Source: Lama glama (lineage: Eukaryota). From it: DNA of 64,000 bases. The notes beneath the pieces are model-generated. The model did no database searches and was not told the origin of the DNA. It worked only from the letters and a program-made list of their open reading frames with translations. The position numbers were made by a program, and so were the translations under genes. This document shows positions 1 to 13,631 of the stretch, piece after piece. The first letter of the stretch is position 1. Each line of letters opens with the position of its first letter. The stretch lies in the NCBI GenBank assembly GCA_028534125.1, contig CM052817.1:77006001-77070000 (forward strand), read 5' to 3'.

Positions 1-635
1 ACAAATACAGGCAAAATTATCACCCTGTATTTGCTGTCGTCATTCTTCTGTCATTTCCAAGGTTGTTAGTTCATCATGAAGTTCCATGAGGGCAGAAACC
101 ACGTCTGATCTAACTGTATCCCCCACAAAGCGCTTAGCACAATCCACCTGACTCCCCTTTCCTGTGAACTGAATGCAAACCAAAACTCTATCTTCAGGGA
201 AACATATTCCCAATGTGTTTTCATCCCTTAAGTCTTCTTTGGGACATCACCTCCACGAGACCTACTTTGACACTCAATTGAAATTGCGACCCACCCTTGT
301 TTATCCTACCATTCCCCAGTATATTCCCAATATCCTTAATCTGATCTACTTTAACTTTTTTTTTTAAACACTGCTTTCTAACAAACTACCTAACTTGCTA
401 TTTATTGTATGTCTTGTTCTTAAATACCTAGAATGGTGATACCAGTTACGCAGGAATGCAGCACACGTTTGTTGATTTAGTGAATGAATGAATGGACGAA
501 TGTATATTTTTAATGTATGTGTCTTTTCTCCATAGGAACTATTCAATTAAAATAGCAACACAATATTTACTTAACTGATAGTTCTCAGCCAGTTTTTCAA
601 CCAATATACCTTGATTCTGATACATCTGCCTAGAG

Positions 636-836
636 CAGTTTCTCAACCTCAGCACTACTGACATCAGAGACCAGATTACTCTTGGTGGTAGGGGACTGTC
701 TGGTGCACTGCAGGATGTTTAGAAGCATCCCTCAGTAGCGTGCACACTCGAATATACACACACACCCCCTAAACATGTCTCCAGACATTGACAGATGTCC
801 CGTAGGCTGCAAATTGTCCCCAGCTGAGAACCACCA
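636..836 (+). mobile_element. MER20-like hAT DNA transposon
   Basis: cagtttctcaacctcagcactactgacat..caggatgtttagaagcatccct..tgtctccagacattg..ccccagctgagaaccac; terminal inverted repeats. Confidence 0.75.
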
Positions 837-2892
837 ACCTAGAATGCATAATGCAGCCCACCTCCTGATCACTTCCTCTTTCTCCCTGAAGAGTACAGCC
901 CCTTGCTAAGGGAGCAAGCCCCCTCTACCACTACTCAAAACATTCTCAATGACTTAATTCCCAACACTTCTCCCTTTCAGCTCCCTAACTTCCTGAGCTA
1001 CAGGGAGTGTATTCATTCAGCCCCCCACCTAGAGCTAATATTCAGCAAATACTACAAATCTATAAAGTCTCAATTTCAAGCATCTCAAACTTGACTGACT
1101 ACCTCTTATCTTCACAGTTTTACAACTCTACGGTTCTTCGGCCCCATTGGACTTAAGTCTTTCCACCCCACCAGTTGTTCCATTTCAATCTCACTCTCAC
1201 ACCCTTCTTACCAGGCTTGGAGTCCACAATCACTGTTTTGCAAACACTCAGTCCTTCCTTTTATCTACCAAAACTTCGACTCTGTTTTCATCAACTCACC
1301 ACCTACTTTCTGCTAGCATCCGACTGTTGAAAGGGACAAACATACATGTAACAGCTCTCATCTTAATTTTTTTTAATCAAAACTTCAGTGTCTTCTACTG
1401 GATATAAGGCCTGTACTTGAATGTGAATTTGGAGAAGTGGTATTCAAAAGCTGAAATTTTCTAGTGACTGCCTAGTCTAAATAAAACCTTTCATTTACTC
1501 CTATAATATTACTGGAAGTTGTAAGTTCTAAGCCCTAGGTGGGGTTCTGGCAACATTGCAACATAAAAAGTGATTTTCTTAACTACACACAGTTTTGAAT
1601 ACTCAGTATGAAAAAAGAATATAAAATATGTTTTATAGATAACTAAATAGATAAGAATATCAAATACTTCAATTTCTATATTATATTTTGCAATGATAAT
1701 ATTTTGGATATACTGAGTTAAATATATCATTAATATTAATTTCATCCATTTGGTTTTTTTATCTTTTAAGGTAGCTACTAGAAAATTTACAGTTAACATA
1801 CATGATTTGTATTTGTGGCTCACATCATATTTCTACTAGACAGCACTGGCCTAGAGAAATAGTTTGGCATTAGCTAGGCATCCTATTTTATTATGTTTCT
1901 TTAATGCAGACTCTTAGATTGCTTGTAACTAAGCTTGAGTTATGAGACGTTCCCTTTATATGTTAACTTTTTATATCCTTGGAGATAATTACATTACTGT
2001 TTAGCTAAAAAAAAAAGTTTATTGCAACAATATTTTCCATTCTTTGAAAAAGCTGTGACATTTAGCTAAAATAATCCTTGCATCTAAACTGGCTGTATAA
2101 ATATTTCCTACATTATCAAAATATTGGGTCTTTAGCCAGTGAACAAAGAAATAGGATGTTACCACAGCAACGAAATTTATTTTCTTAAATATGCCAGTTT
2201 TAAAGTCTTGGACAATCTTGCCTTAATGTCACTTCATGCTTGGATTACTGCAACAGTCTGCTCAATGGCCTTGCTTCTTCAAGGTTTAACTTTTTCAAGC
2301 CATCCTTAAAGTTTGAACTCCTTAAATGATATACAAATCCATCCAAGAATGGCCCTTGTCCACCTCTCTGATACCACCCTGGTCTCTGTGCTCCTGTCAT
2401 TTTATGTCATTTTAGTGGCTTGAAGAAGTGTCTCACAAACCTGTCCTTATTCAAACTATTGGCAGTATTACCACCCCCTTCCTAATCTGGCAAAAACTGA
2501 TTTTATTTTTTAAGTCTCAAGATCTCCTGGGAGGCTCTTCCTGCCCTGCCTGAACACTGGCCAGTCCTTCTTTTGGACACTCCCAGTAGCACCGTCATAG
2601 CATTTATAAAAGTTTCTAGGACTTGTTAAGATGTCAGGTCTCCCCAGTTAAACGCTCCAAAAGTGTAAGGACTGTGTTGTGCTCACTTTTGTATCCTCAG
2701 CACCAATCAAACTGCTTGGCACAGAGAAAGCTCCTAAGGAATGTATATTAGATGACTTCTTTTGGAAGACACGTATGTCCACATACATACGCTCTCATCC
2801 CTAACTTAACTAGAAGACACTTCCTCACCAAGTTATAGCAACACCATCACAAAAGTTTGTATTAAAAAAAAAAAGCCCCCATAGAGATATAA

Positions 2893-3046
2893 TGTTCTCA
2901 TCAATGCTGGCTGTTCATCAGAATCACCTGTACTACTTTTAAGGGTACAGATGTCCAAGCCACACAAACTCTGAGAATATTAAATTGATAGGGCTGACGT
3001 AGGGCCATAGGTGATTCAGATTCACAGTCAGGCTTGAGAACCACTG
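2893..3046. mobile_element. MER5-like hAT DNA transposon
   Basis: gttctca..catcagaatcacctg..ggtgattc..ttgagaaccactg. Confidence 0.6.
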
Positions 3047-4859
3047 AACCAAAGACTCAAAGGCACGGGCATAACTCCTGCCCCGTCATGCCTGGAATTT
3101 CACAGGGTGAAGTGAGCATCCTGAGAGACTACAAATAGACTGTAAAAACGCAAACACCATACGCATTCCATACATATACTGCATTCTCAGATCAAGCAGA
3201 TTTCAGCAGTTATTTTTTTAGTATGCCCCCGTATTAATATGCCCACCAATCAGAAGTTGATATTAAACTGAGAATAAAAGTAAAATATTTGCCTGACAAG
3301 AAAGAAAAGTGCACCATTCTTGTCAAATGAACTTCCTTATTAGTATCTATCTATACTTTTAAAGTTGTCCTGAGTTAAGGAAACGGACCAGCTAAACCTA
3401 AGCAGTGATTCCCACACTCCTTTCACTCCAGTTGTTCTCAGACTAGATTTACGCTTGGAATTTGAAGAGCAAGACAGGATGAGTTTGCTAACCAAGTATT
3501 TGTCTTCTCGTGTCACCTCTCCTAGTGGGTTTGATTATTCACTTCAAGGATAAGACTTTGGCTGAGGTTCCCCGTATGGCTGTGGACTTGAAAGCACTTA
3601 CTAAGGTTCTAGGGTTCTCAGGAAAACATATCAGGGTATCCTCTTTTTCAATGTATTTTAGGGTCTTCCTGGTTGAGCTTGTGTTGTTTTGATAGCCTTT
3701 ATTATATTCAAAAATTCTTCTAAAACAAACATTTCAGGTTCTGGCTGACATACCATTCAGTTGTTTGCTTTGCTGAAATGACTTCAACTCCTCCTCAGAT
3801 AAAAATTGGATGAAATTCCCAGACAAGGCTGAGCAAGGAGGATGTGAGACACAGCAGTTAGTAAAATCCACTATCCCAACTTCTCTGAGAGTTTAGAGTT
3901 AAAATAAACAACAACAAAACATTTCTAGAATTAAAAATAGAAGAGTTAATTCAGGCTGCAGGGTCATTATCTCTATAAGATTTCTCTACATAGATTCATC
4001 TCTACAAAAAGCCAGTGCACATCTGCTACTACTAGAATCTGTTTTTCTCTGTTGCCTGGATGAAACTCAAAAAGCAGTTGACTGAAGTTGCTTGTGTAAG
4101 TGGTTCCAGTTGCTTAGGGAGCAGTGACCTCTGCAGAACCTTGCACTGTCCACTATATATATGTAGTGTGTGTTGGGGAAATGGTTTTAGCATGATTGGT
4201 GTCATGATGCATAAATCACCGAAGACCATGTTCCGAAGAACTCTACCATCTACCAGGTCATGGTGGAACATATGTAGATTACCTGGCACATTTTGTTCTT
4301 AAAAAGTAAGTCCCATTACCTCTGTGGCTCATCCTTCTAATTATAATGTCTAATAATCTAGATATTTCCAATTTTAAGAGGAACAGTCTGACATTTCCAG
4401 CTGCTCCGGTGTTTCTAGGCTAAAAGTCAAAAAGATAAAATTAGGTAAAACTATATTCTTGACCAAATTTGCAGAAGAATTACAGAAATAAAAGAGTCCT
4501 TGTTTCAGGTACATTATGCCCTCCAAAATGGTGTTTGTTATTAGAATAAGCAATTAAAAGAAATTAGTTTAACATTCAGGAATTTTTCTGTGAATTATAT
4601 TGCCCTACCACCATAGAGAGAGGGTCATTTTATGGTACTTGTAGTCATGATTTAGAGTAGAAAATAGCCAAAGTGAGCAATTTATATTGTGCAAGATTTA
4701 CAGAGCAACTACAAAAAAAAAAATTTATCCAAGTTTCCACCTCAAATTGCCAATGGGATACTGCATTCCAAAGTCTGTATTACATTAACACTAAGAAAAA
4801 TGTGAAAAATGAGGGAGAAGGCCTTTAAATGGTGATTCACCAACTACCTCTACCTCTAC

Positions 4860-5580
4860 CATTTCCTGGAGAATATATCCCCACTGTCTTTGACAACTAG
4901 TCTGCCAATGTTATGGTAAATGGAAAGCCGGAGAACCCAGGCTTATGGGACACAGCTGGACAAGAAGACAGTGACTGACTGTGTCCCTTCTCCTACTCAC
5001 AGATGTTTTCTTAATTTGCTTTTCTCTTCCGGGTCCTGCAACATTTGAAAATGGTTATGCAGATTGGTATCCTGAAGTGTGACACCACTGTCCCAACACT
5101 CCTATCATCCTGGTGCGGATGAAGCCTGAATTTAGGGATGCTAAAAGCACAACTGAGAAACTGAAGGAGAAGAAACTAACCCCATCACCTACCCGCAGGG
5201 TTCAGCCGTGGCCAAGGAGATTGGTGCTGTAAAATACCTGGAGGGCTCGGCACTCATGCAGCGAGGCCTCAAGACAGTGTTTGATGAAGCTTTCAAGAGG
5301 TTTGCTGCCCACCTCCCGTCAAGAAGAGGAAGAGAAAATGCCTGCTATTGTAAATGTCTGGTCCCCTCTCCTGCCCTGCCCCATCCCCTGGGAACCTCTG
5401 TAGGCTTTGCTCCAACAGTGGAGCCTTTGCACTCAATGCCAAGTTTTTGTTACAGATTAGTTTTTCCATAAAACCATTTTGAACCAATCAGTCATTTTTA
5501 GGTTTTGTTTGTTTAATGTGTAAGAGTTCAAACTTTCACATTCTATTAAAGTTTAGCCCTAAAATTTAAAAAAAAAAAAA
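4860..5580 (+). pseudogene. RAC1 processed pseudogene, 5'-truncated, with 3'UTR and poly(A)
   Basis: Intronless match to RAC1 from FPGEYIPTVFDN through WDTAGQED and [10 protein letters not shown] to [10 protein letters not shown] (TAA 5351-5353); premature stops TAG 4898-4900 and TGA 4976-4978 plus small deletions; ATTAAA at 5545-5550; A-tract 5568-5580. Confidence 0.93.
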
Positions 5581-8500
5581 GAAGTTGGCATAAATGAATG
5601 CTTTGGACACCTCACACTATATGAAATCTATGAACATAGAGCTGGATTCCTAGAACTCCATGAGCCTTCCAATAAAGTACCCTCATCCTAGAAAGAGAGT
5701 ACTCTATAGACAATGACTGTAACAAGACAGTGGGTGTGACTGACTGTCTTCTGAGTTCATCCTCCCCAGGCCGTCATTCCTACATTATTCTGATAGGATT
5801 ACATAAAAGAGTGACTACTCTACAAAGGGAAAACAAATAAACCTAAAAAACTGTTAGCCCACAGACTAAAACAACACAGAGGGTGACGGGAATCTACGCC
5901 TTATTGTTCAGAAATGGCTGTTCAGGAGGACTGGTCTATATCATCGCTGCAAGAATTAGGCACCAAAGCAATCCCGATGAACAAGAAACTGCTTTATGCA
6001 TAGAAGTCCAGTTAAAGCAGTAGACATACACATAGAAAGAAAAAGGGAGTGAGAGAGCTAATTGCAAAATGTGAAATCTAAATCCCCTACCAGTGGGCCT
6101 TAAGTTAGACTCCCGAGAAATCTAAAAGAAAGGTAACCTCTCAGAACCTGACTTCACAGCTTCTGCACTACAGTGTCTACAGTTCCAGAGGAAATCTATC
6201 TAGTTTTGCAAATTCCAGAGTTTCTGATGATTGATTAAAGGAGGGTTGTTTTAATCTAAAGTCCCTGAACCCAGAAGACAAAATTTGGAGCTTGTTCTAA
6301 TCACTGGTAACTAACTGTCTTTATGGCTTTCAATAAACTTACTGCAATAAAGATGTGAGCTGTAGCCTCCTTAGGCACTTCAAAACAAGTCTATGAAATC
6401 TGGTAAAGGTTACAGACTAAGTCAGATGGATATATAACATACTTGGAAAACAATTATCTCTCTACTCACATTAAAAAAGTCTCGCACTCTATCCAAAGCA
6501 CATCAAAACGCTGCATATCATAATCTGCTCTCTGCTTTTTAATCAACTGTCTGTATTTTGTACTGTGCAGACAATGGGAAGAAATTCAGAATGACATATG
6601 GAAGGAGTTATCTGTTGAGCTAGGTTTCAAATACCACCATCCTCTGCAGAGTTCAACATTCTTAAATATATCCACTATCTGGCAACTGAGCCCGCACTCC
6701 CATCATGCAGCAACCATTTAGGAGGGTCTACTATGTGCCAAGTAAGATACCAGACACTTGGTTTACAAACACAAATGAGATGATTACTGACTTTAAGCAA
6801 TAATCTAGAAGGAGCTGGACAAGGGAGGAATAATGACACGTAAACAAGCCAACCCAAAAATGCACCTTTAAAAAAAAAAACCTTAACTCAAAAGTCAGAT
6901 CAAAGTTTTCAGCCTCAAGTGGAATTCTTGGGCAATTTCCTTACTTTCATACTTTAAGCCTTGAACCCCTAAATCTCTAACTTTTAGAAGGGAAAGAATT
7001 ACTCAAAAGACGAGGAGTCTTGAACAAGGGAAGATAATCTAAATTGAAGGTACTGAAATATTTCACAAAAAGTCTAAGCCCAAGACAGGCTTCTGTTTCT
7101 CTGCAGTTTCCTACCTTATTCTTCTCCACTAGTAGGTGGAATAAAATCATCCTGCATTCCCTGTCTTTGCTAATAGTAATATTTGATTCCTTTTTTTGAA
7201 CCCCAACATTTGTTCTGAATGTTACAGTTTATAAAATGCTTCCACATACTTTGCAAATCATTTGTTCCTCACTGGGGAACATTATTGCCTTCACTCTACC
7301 AATGAGAAAGCTGAGGCTCCAAGATGTTAAAATAACTTCCACAAAGTTAAACAATTACCAGCTGGAGGAACTAGCACTGCAACCTTGGTCTTGATGGCCG
7401 GATCCAAGGCTCTGGTTACCCAGTACCAAGTCCTATGATTTCTATCAGTGTCTCTCCCTTCCCTCCTTCTCTTTTCTACCTTTCATCATTATTGCAACAG
7501 CCTTATACCCAGTCTCCCTCCTGTTCCTCCCACAGTGAGTCTTAATTGCTTGGTAATGTGGATCACTTTAAGTCACTCCAGGAAAAGGCATATAAGCATG
7601 CATGCAAATATTTTTCATATAATTTGAAGCTCGTTCACAGACCCCTAAATTAGTGACCTTGCTTTCCCCCCTCAGATCTATCCCCTACATCTCCAAATGA
7701 CTCATCTCCTAAAACTCCTCTTTGATCATAGTTCAAGGCTCAAAAACCTTTAGTGGTTTCCCAAGGCCTAGGAAAGGAAACAAAGATTCACTACCCTGGC
7801 ATTCCAGATCTCTCCTTTCCTCTTAGTGCAAGTCCACTACACAAATTCCAGGTCCGCTGTCCTAACTAACACCTGCCATCCCTCAACTACGCTTCATGCT
7901 TCCTCACTACGTGCTCAACATTACACGTTATCTACATGCAGCCTCTCTGCCTGAACAGACTCCATAACAGAACCCACTCTTCCTCCCACATATAGCCCAT
8001 TCCATCTTTGAGCTGTCCCAATGCTAAAGAAATAAAAAGTAAACAACAGACTTCTCTCCTATGTTAAAACAAAAATTATCGCCCCATTAGCATCTGTGGT
8101 ATTTGAAGCAACAGGTAGCGAATTTAATCTGGTTCCACACAATCTCTCCTTTCTGCTTGCCTTCCTTGGTGCATCTCGTCACTTTTTCATGGACGGCACT
8201 CAGAATGGAGCACAGTTCTCTCCATTTGATAGACAGCTTCAATAATTATCAATATTTCCCAAGCACTGGTATATATTTTTAAATAGCGAAATTCAAGCTG
8301 AGGAAGTGGCCATTAGCCGGGGCCCACAAAAAAGGACAGGACAGGAGAAAGGACAGCAGATTCTAGAGCAGGTGATGCCACTAGGAGCCGTGTAACTGGC
8401 ACACTTTCTCTGCGTGGCATCCCCTCTGAACCGGGAAGACTTCAGACTGGACTAATAAAATGTTTGGGGCAAAAGGAAATACTCAGGATGCAACCTGACT

Positions 8501-8854
8501 CTCTAGAAGGTATGAACAGAGAAATCTAAAACATCAAGAAGATCTAAAGGATGTAAAACTCAAATCAAAACACTAAAAATCAAAACACTAAAATTGGACT
8601 CCCGATTCTTCAGCATTCATAATCAAATCACCTGAGGTCTCTTCTGATTCTGGGAGGAGATGATTTCATCCTCAGATATGCTCTTGGGAGGAAGCACTAA
8701 CATAGCCTCTCCTCCAAAAACCTATCTTCTCTTCTCCCTAAATCTAGACTTTGCTTTAACACCAGGGTCCCAAGTGGCCTCCCAGGAGCTCTCGTGGCTC
8801 CTTCTGTTCCCTCCCTCGTTCCCACAGTGTGGCCGGCACAGACAGAAAGGCCTA

Positions 8855-9109
<255 letters not shown>

Positions 9110-9791
9110 TCAGTAAAAGGCAGAAAAGCAACCACTAAAACAATGACTCGGAAGGCTTGCAGGTGGGAGGAAAGGAGTATAAAAAGGACTCAAGGGTGCA
9201 GGACCCCTTCCTGCTTTGAGAAGGATGCCCCTACAACTTTGAGCAGATCCCACGGAAGATTTGCTTATAGCGTCTGTATGCACCCCACCCATCTCCAACC
9301 CCCTTTAGAGACAATTTCTGTCTTCTTGATATTTCATGGTTTGAAGCAGATCTTCCCTCCTCACTCAACCTCACCTAAGCAGCCTGAAGAAGTATTTAAT
9401 AAGCAAAGTGCTTGTTTTCCTTTAGTAAATTCAATAAATTAAAAAATTACGTTAAAATAAGTCAAGTCCAAGACAACTATATTCTTAACTAAATAAATTT
9501 TGTACTTAAACATTTTTTTCAGACATCCTGTTAAATTAGTTTGTTTCTGACATACAACTTTTCAGCAACCCATCCATCTCATAAATCAGGGAATAGTGAT
9601 TTGAAGAACAGAGTCTATAAAAAGCAAACATAAGCCAAGGATGGTGAAATTCTCAGTGTAATCTGTATTTAATTTAGGAAATAAAATAAGTAAAATACCT
9701 TATTTAATAGTAGAAAGCCCCCCAGTTCATAACCTGGTATGTATATAAATAACTCTGTAATACAGAAAATCTCCTCTGAAGAAGCTTTTAC

Positions 9792-9870
9792 CGTAAAGAA
9801 TTTTTCCCACCAATGATCCGCTTCTGCCGACGGTGCAATAATCTCAAACCACAAACAGACGACAGGGACT
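9792..9870 (-). CDS. PRSS12: Neurotrypsin exon 10 (79 bp), zymogen activation region
   Basis: Manual translation ESLSSVCGLRLLHRRQKR|IIGGKNSL(R): polybasic convertase-type site followed by the IIGG N-terminus of the protease domain; acceptor cttcag|, donor |gtaaaa. Confidence 0.96.
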
Positions 9871-11765
9871 CTGAAGCAGAAAGAGGTTTTTAATCAAACT
9901 TGCATACTGCTCACAGTGGGGTAAAGACAAGCAACCCAATCCCCTGTTGCTTCTTCCTCAAGTTTAAAATGCCTTCTCTCTTCAAATCCTTACAATAAAA
10001 ATTAAAACTGTTTTTTTCATTTAACCAAGGTAATGATGACCTGCAAGTAGACAAGGAACTTTCTGAGGTTTTCCACAATCAGCTCTGAAGAGGTCTAACA
10101 GGCTGCTGAATGGTGGGGCCCCATCCAGTACATCATCCTTATGGGTACCCGCACCTCCTCCTCTGCTGATTATACAGACTGTCCGGCAGTTCAGAAATGT
10201 GAAACAAAACAAGAGGGCTACCAGAGGCAATGACGCTCTGAATTCACAGACAGCACTCTTCCAAGCCATAAACAAATGTAACTCAGAGGAGCAGAGTATA
10301 TTCCCAGGGTGGAATTCTGAGATAAATTTACATTTACTCACAGAGCATACTGATATATAGAAAGGCTTGACTAAGCCAGTGTAAGTGGCAGACTGTATTT
10401 AAGGCAGATGACCAATAACCAATGGCTTGAGTTTGAATCACTTCATAGAAGTTACTAGGTGTTAAGCCTCCACCCAAAATCAACGAGTTAATAAGCCAGA
10501 TTCAGTAATTCAACTGGTCTAAGATGAAATATTTTTACTTGACAAATGGAAACATTAGGACCATGGAAAGATATCACGTACTGCTACAAGTCTAGGAAAA
10601 CAAGTGTATTCATAACGTGAGAATAAACTCGGCATTTCATACTTTAAAATAGGTTTACATAGAAATACGGTAAAAAAATGTACAATGATTGAATCTTTAT
10701 GTTTCTCTACTGCTTAAGAAATTTTACATAGCCCCAAAAATTAGTTATGCTCACTTTGTGACTGTAGTTTAAATTATTGAAGGACATTTAATAAATTAAG
10801 TTATAATCAGTACTTAGAAAAAACTGACTTACCAAGTAAAATTTATTATATAGCTATTTAATATACATATAAATATTTATATATAAAACAAAGCAGAAAG
10901 CGTAAAGGGTTGAAAGTATTCTCTATACTCAAAAGACACTCAGATAGTGAAGAATCATATTAACAACATCCAACTAATTTATTGCATTGTCTTTAATGGT
11001 TGTTAAAAGATGACAGAAAAAGAATGCTCAGATATAGATGCATTTGATTTTAAGAAAATCTTATATATCAAAATTGTGAACTTTCAATCCACATAAGTGA
11101 TTGTTCTTTTCATAAAATATAACCATAGACTTTTCCAAATAGCTAGTTTTTTCCCTTTTCTGTTTAAAGCAGTATTTATTTGTTTTATAAAAATTGAACT
11201 CAGAGCTTTTAACTCCACTATTTATATAAGTATGAAACATTCATTACTATATTATATTAAAGATTACTTCTCATTTTCCTTATAAAATCTGAGAATAAAA
11301 CCTACAAAAAATAATTTCTTTTGCAATGAATTTTAAAATTATCCCTGTTGTTTACGATACTAGTAAGAGCAGAAGTGCCTTTCTATGATTCATCTTTAAA
11401 TTTTCATTACTTTCTTTCTTTTCATGATGTAAATATCAATTCTGAATCTTCAAGGATACTAACAAGTTTGACAGTTTTATTATATTCAAAGATGGAAGGT
11501 TTAGAAATGACTGAAAATGTCAAAAGGCGGCAATCCCAGAGATTACAAAATCCTGTAAACTCACTCTTTGCCCTGAACCCTGCTCTCTCTGTAAGTCTCA
11601 CCTAGGCAAGTTTTTGTCAAGAGCCACTGTCTCCAAATAACTAGCAGGAGGAACAAGGGTCTGAATATATTCTTACAAAAGGGGATGTTTGTTATCAAAA
11701 TACTGTTTACAATAATAAAGTGAGGATTAGTGTTCTTTGACTTGTAGAGGCCCCAGAAGGCTTAC

Positions 11766-11971
11766 CTTTATTGCTGTTACCTGATGCTTTCTTGCCAAAA
11801 TAATCACAAATAACTCCTGCATCTTCACTGTGGCGGCAGTTGTGTCTTCCGATATCTTGTTTGATACAGTCAGCCAGGGACCTCTCATTTCCTGTGCACT
11901 TCACATTATCCACATGGATGGGTCCTTTTCCTTCCCCAAAATAAGCCATGGTCCTCGCTCTGGCAGGACCC
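11766..11971 (-). CDS. PRSS12: Neurotrypsin exon 9 (206 bp), C-terminal half of SRCR4 and linker
   Basis: GPARARTMAYFGEGKGPIHVDNVKCTGNERSLADCIKQDIGRHNCRHSEDAGVICDYFGKKASGNSNK; acceptor ttccag|, donor |gtaagc. Confidence 0.96.
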
Positions 11972-12244
11972 CTGGAAACAGAGCATTCTTGAGGATGTGG
12001 AGAATCAAGTCAATCATACATTTGAATAAATCACAGCATATATTCTCATTCTATTATTTCTTAACTTTTATACATTGAAATTATATCTATATGTGCTTAA
12101 AAAACATTTATTTCATAACTGTTAAGAAAAGCTAAAGAGAGATAATAACTACACATTCTTTGTTTTCATAACCCACAGCCTCTTGATTACATCTTAGCTT
12201 CTGCTTAGAATGTCATACTTAATGGCATGTGAAAAAGTCACAGT

Positions 12245-12490
12245 AAGAGGGGGTGGAGGGATAAATTGGGAGTTCAGGATTTGCAGATACTCTATATAAA
12301 ATAGATGAACCAGCAAGGTCCCACTGTACAGCTCAGAGAACTATATTCAGTACCTTGTAATAGTCTATAATGAAAAAGAATATGAAAAGGAAAATATATG
12401 TGTTACAACTCAATCACTATGCTGTACATCAGAAATTAATACAACACTGTAAACTGACTATACTTCAATAAAAAATTTTAATAAAAAATG
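12245..12490 (+). mobile_element. LINE-1 3' end fragment
   Basis: Typical L1 3'UTR (caaggtcccactgtacagc..actatattc..gctgtacatcagaaattaatacaacactgtaaactgactatacttcaataaaaa). Confidence 0.8.
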
Positions 12491-13495
12491 TTTAAACAGA
12501 AAAATAAGAAACAAACAAAAAATTCATGTAGTCTTGAACCCTAGTTTAAGCAGGAAAAAAATTGTCTCCAAATTTTCTACTCCCTTCCTGAGCATAATAC
12601 TCTCTTAAAATTGATATAATATTTCCAAGAAAATAATGAGAATTAAATAATTACTTAGGGAGCTAAGAATTTTAAAGCCTGTTTTAGAAGTAAAAAAGTA
12701 CAATTTTTAACTGAGGAAGAGAAAACCAGAAATCATTAATAAATTATTTACTTTTGGTAAAAGCTTTTTTTTTCTGTTTTTTAAAATAATATATTACTTC
12801 TCTTTAGATATCTAAAAACAAAAGCTTTTTAATGAGTTATTTCAAACTAATACCATATTCGAAACTCAATTCCTGATCAGTTAATGCGTAATTACGAATG
12901 GTAAGGTTTCAAGATTTGAATTATAGGAAAATTGTCCTTATAACCTCATTAGGGAAAGATTTATTAAACAAAACATAGATGGAATATCTTAAATTAAAAG
13001 ACTGATAAATTTCAAAAAAAAAATTTAATTAAGAACGCCACTTTGATAAAAACCACCCAAAGGAAAGTGAAAAGACAAATATAAAAGTTGATGAGTATAT
13101 TTGCAATACATGTTTACATATATATTTGCTGGTGAATACATTCTCTAATAGAGGGGAATAGCATATAATATACAAATAATTATCAAATCTCATTTAAAAA
13201 ATAAAAAAAAACAACAACCCGATAGAAAAACAGGCAAAAGACAAGTTTTAAATCAAAGAAACTGTCTTATTAAAACTGACAATTTGGACCAGATTTCTAA
13301 CATCAAAATAGATTCTACTTAATGAAGATAAGGTTAGTATACTTTCCTTACAGTTATGCAAGGAACTCAGGCAAAGTAGTTTATTGATATGGATTATCTG
13401 AGGAATTTGCTTGAATAATCCCCTTTCAGCAATGAGACTTGGCCTCACATGCTTGTAGTTGGCAGCACATTCATTTCAAAAATATACCCCGTTAT

Positions 13496-13631
13496 GGGAG
13501 AGTGGTAGAGTGTATGCTTAGCATACACAAGGGCCTGGGTTCAATCCTCAGTACCTCCTCTAAAAGTAAGTAAGTAAGTAAACCTAATTACCTCCCCCTC
13601 CAAAAGAAAAACAAAACAAAAAATAAATAAA
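13496..13631 (+). mobile_element. Camelid-type tRNA-derived SINE (Vic-1-like), 5'-truncated
   Basis: agtggtagag..tgcttagcat..ctgggttcaatcctcagtacctcc..aaacctaattacctcccc with A-rich tail; degenerate TSD ttcaaaa(a/g)ta(t/c)accc(c/t)gt(t/c)a. Confidence 0.8.

Noticed and set aside
5208..5471. 87-aa ORF resembling the RAC1 C-terminus as a possible retrogene
   Set aside because: Starts at GTG, lacks the GTP-binding motifs and frameshifts before the polybasic/CAAX tail; part of the pseudogene
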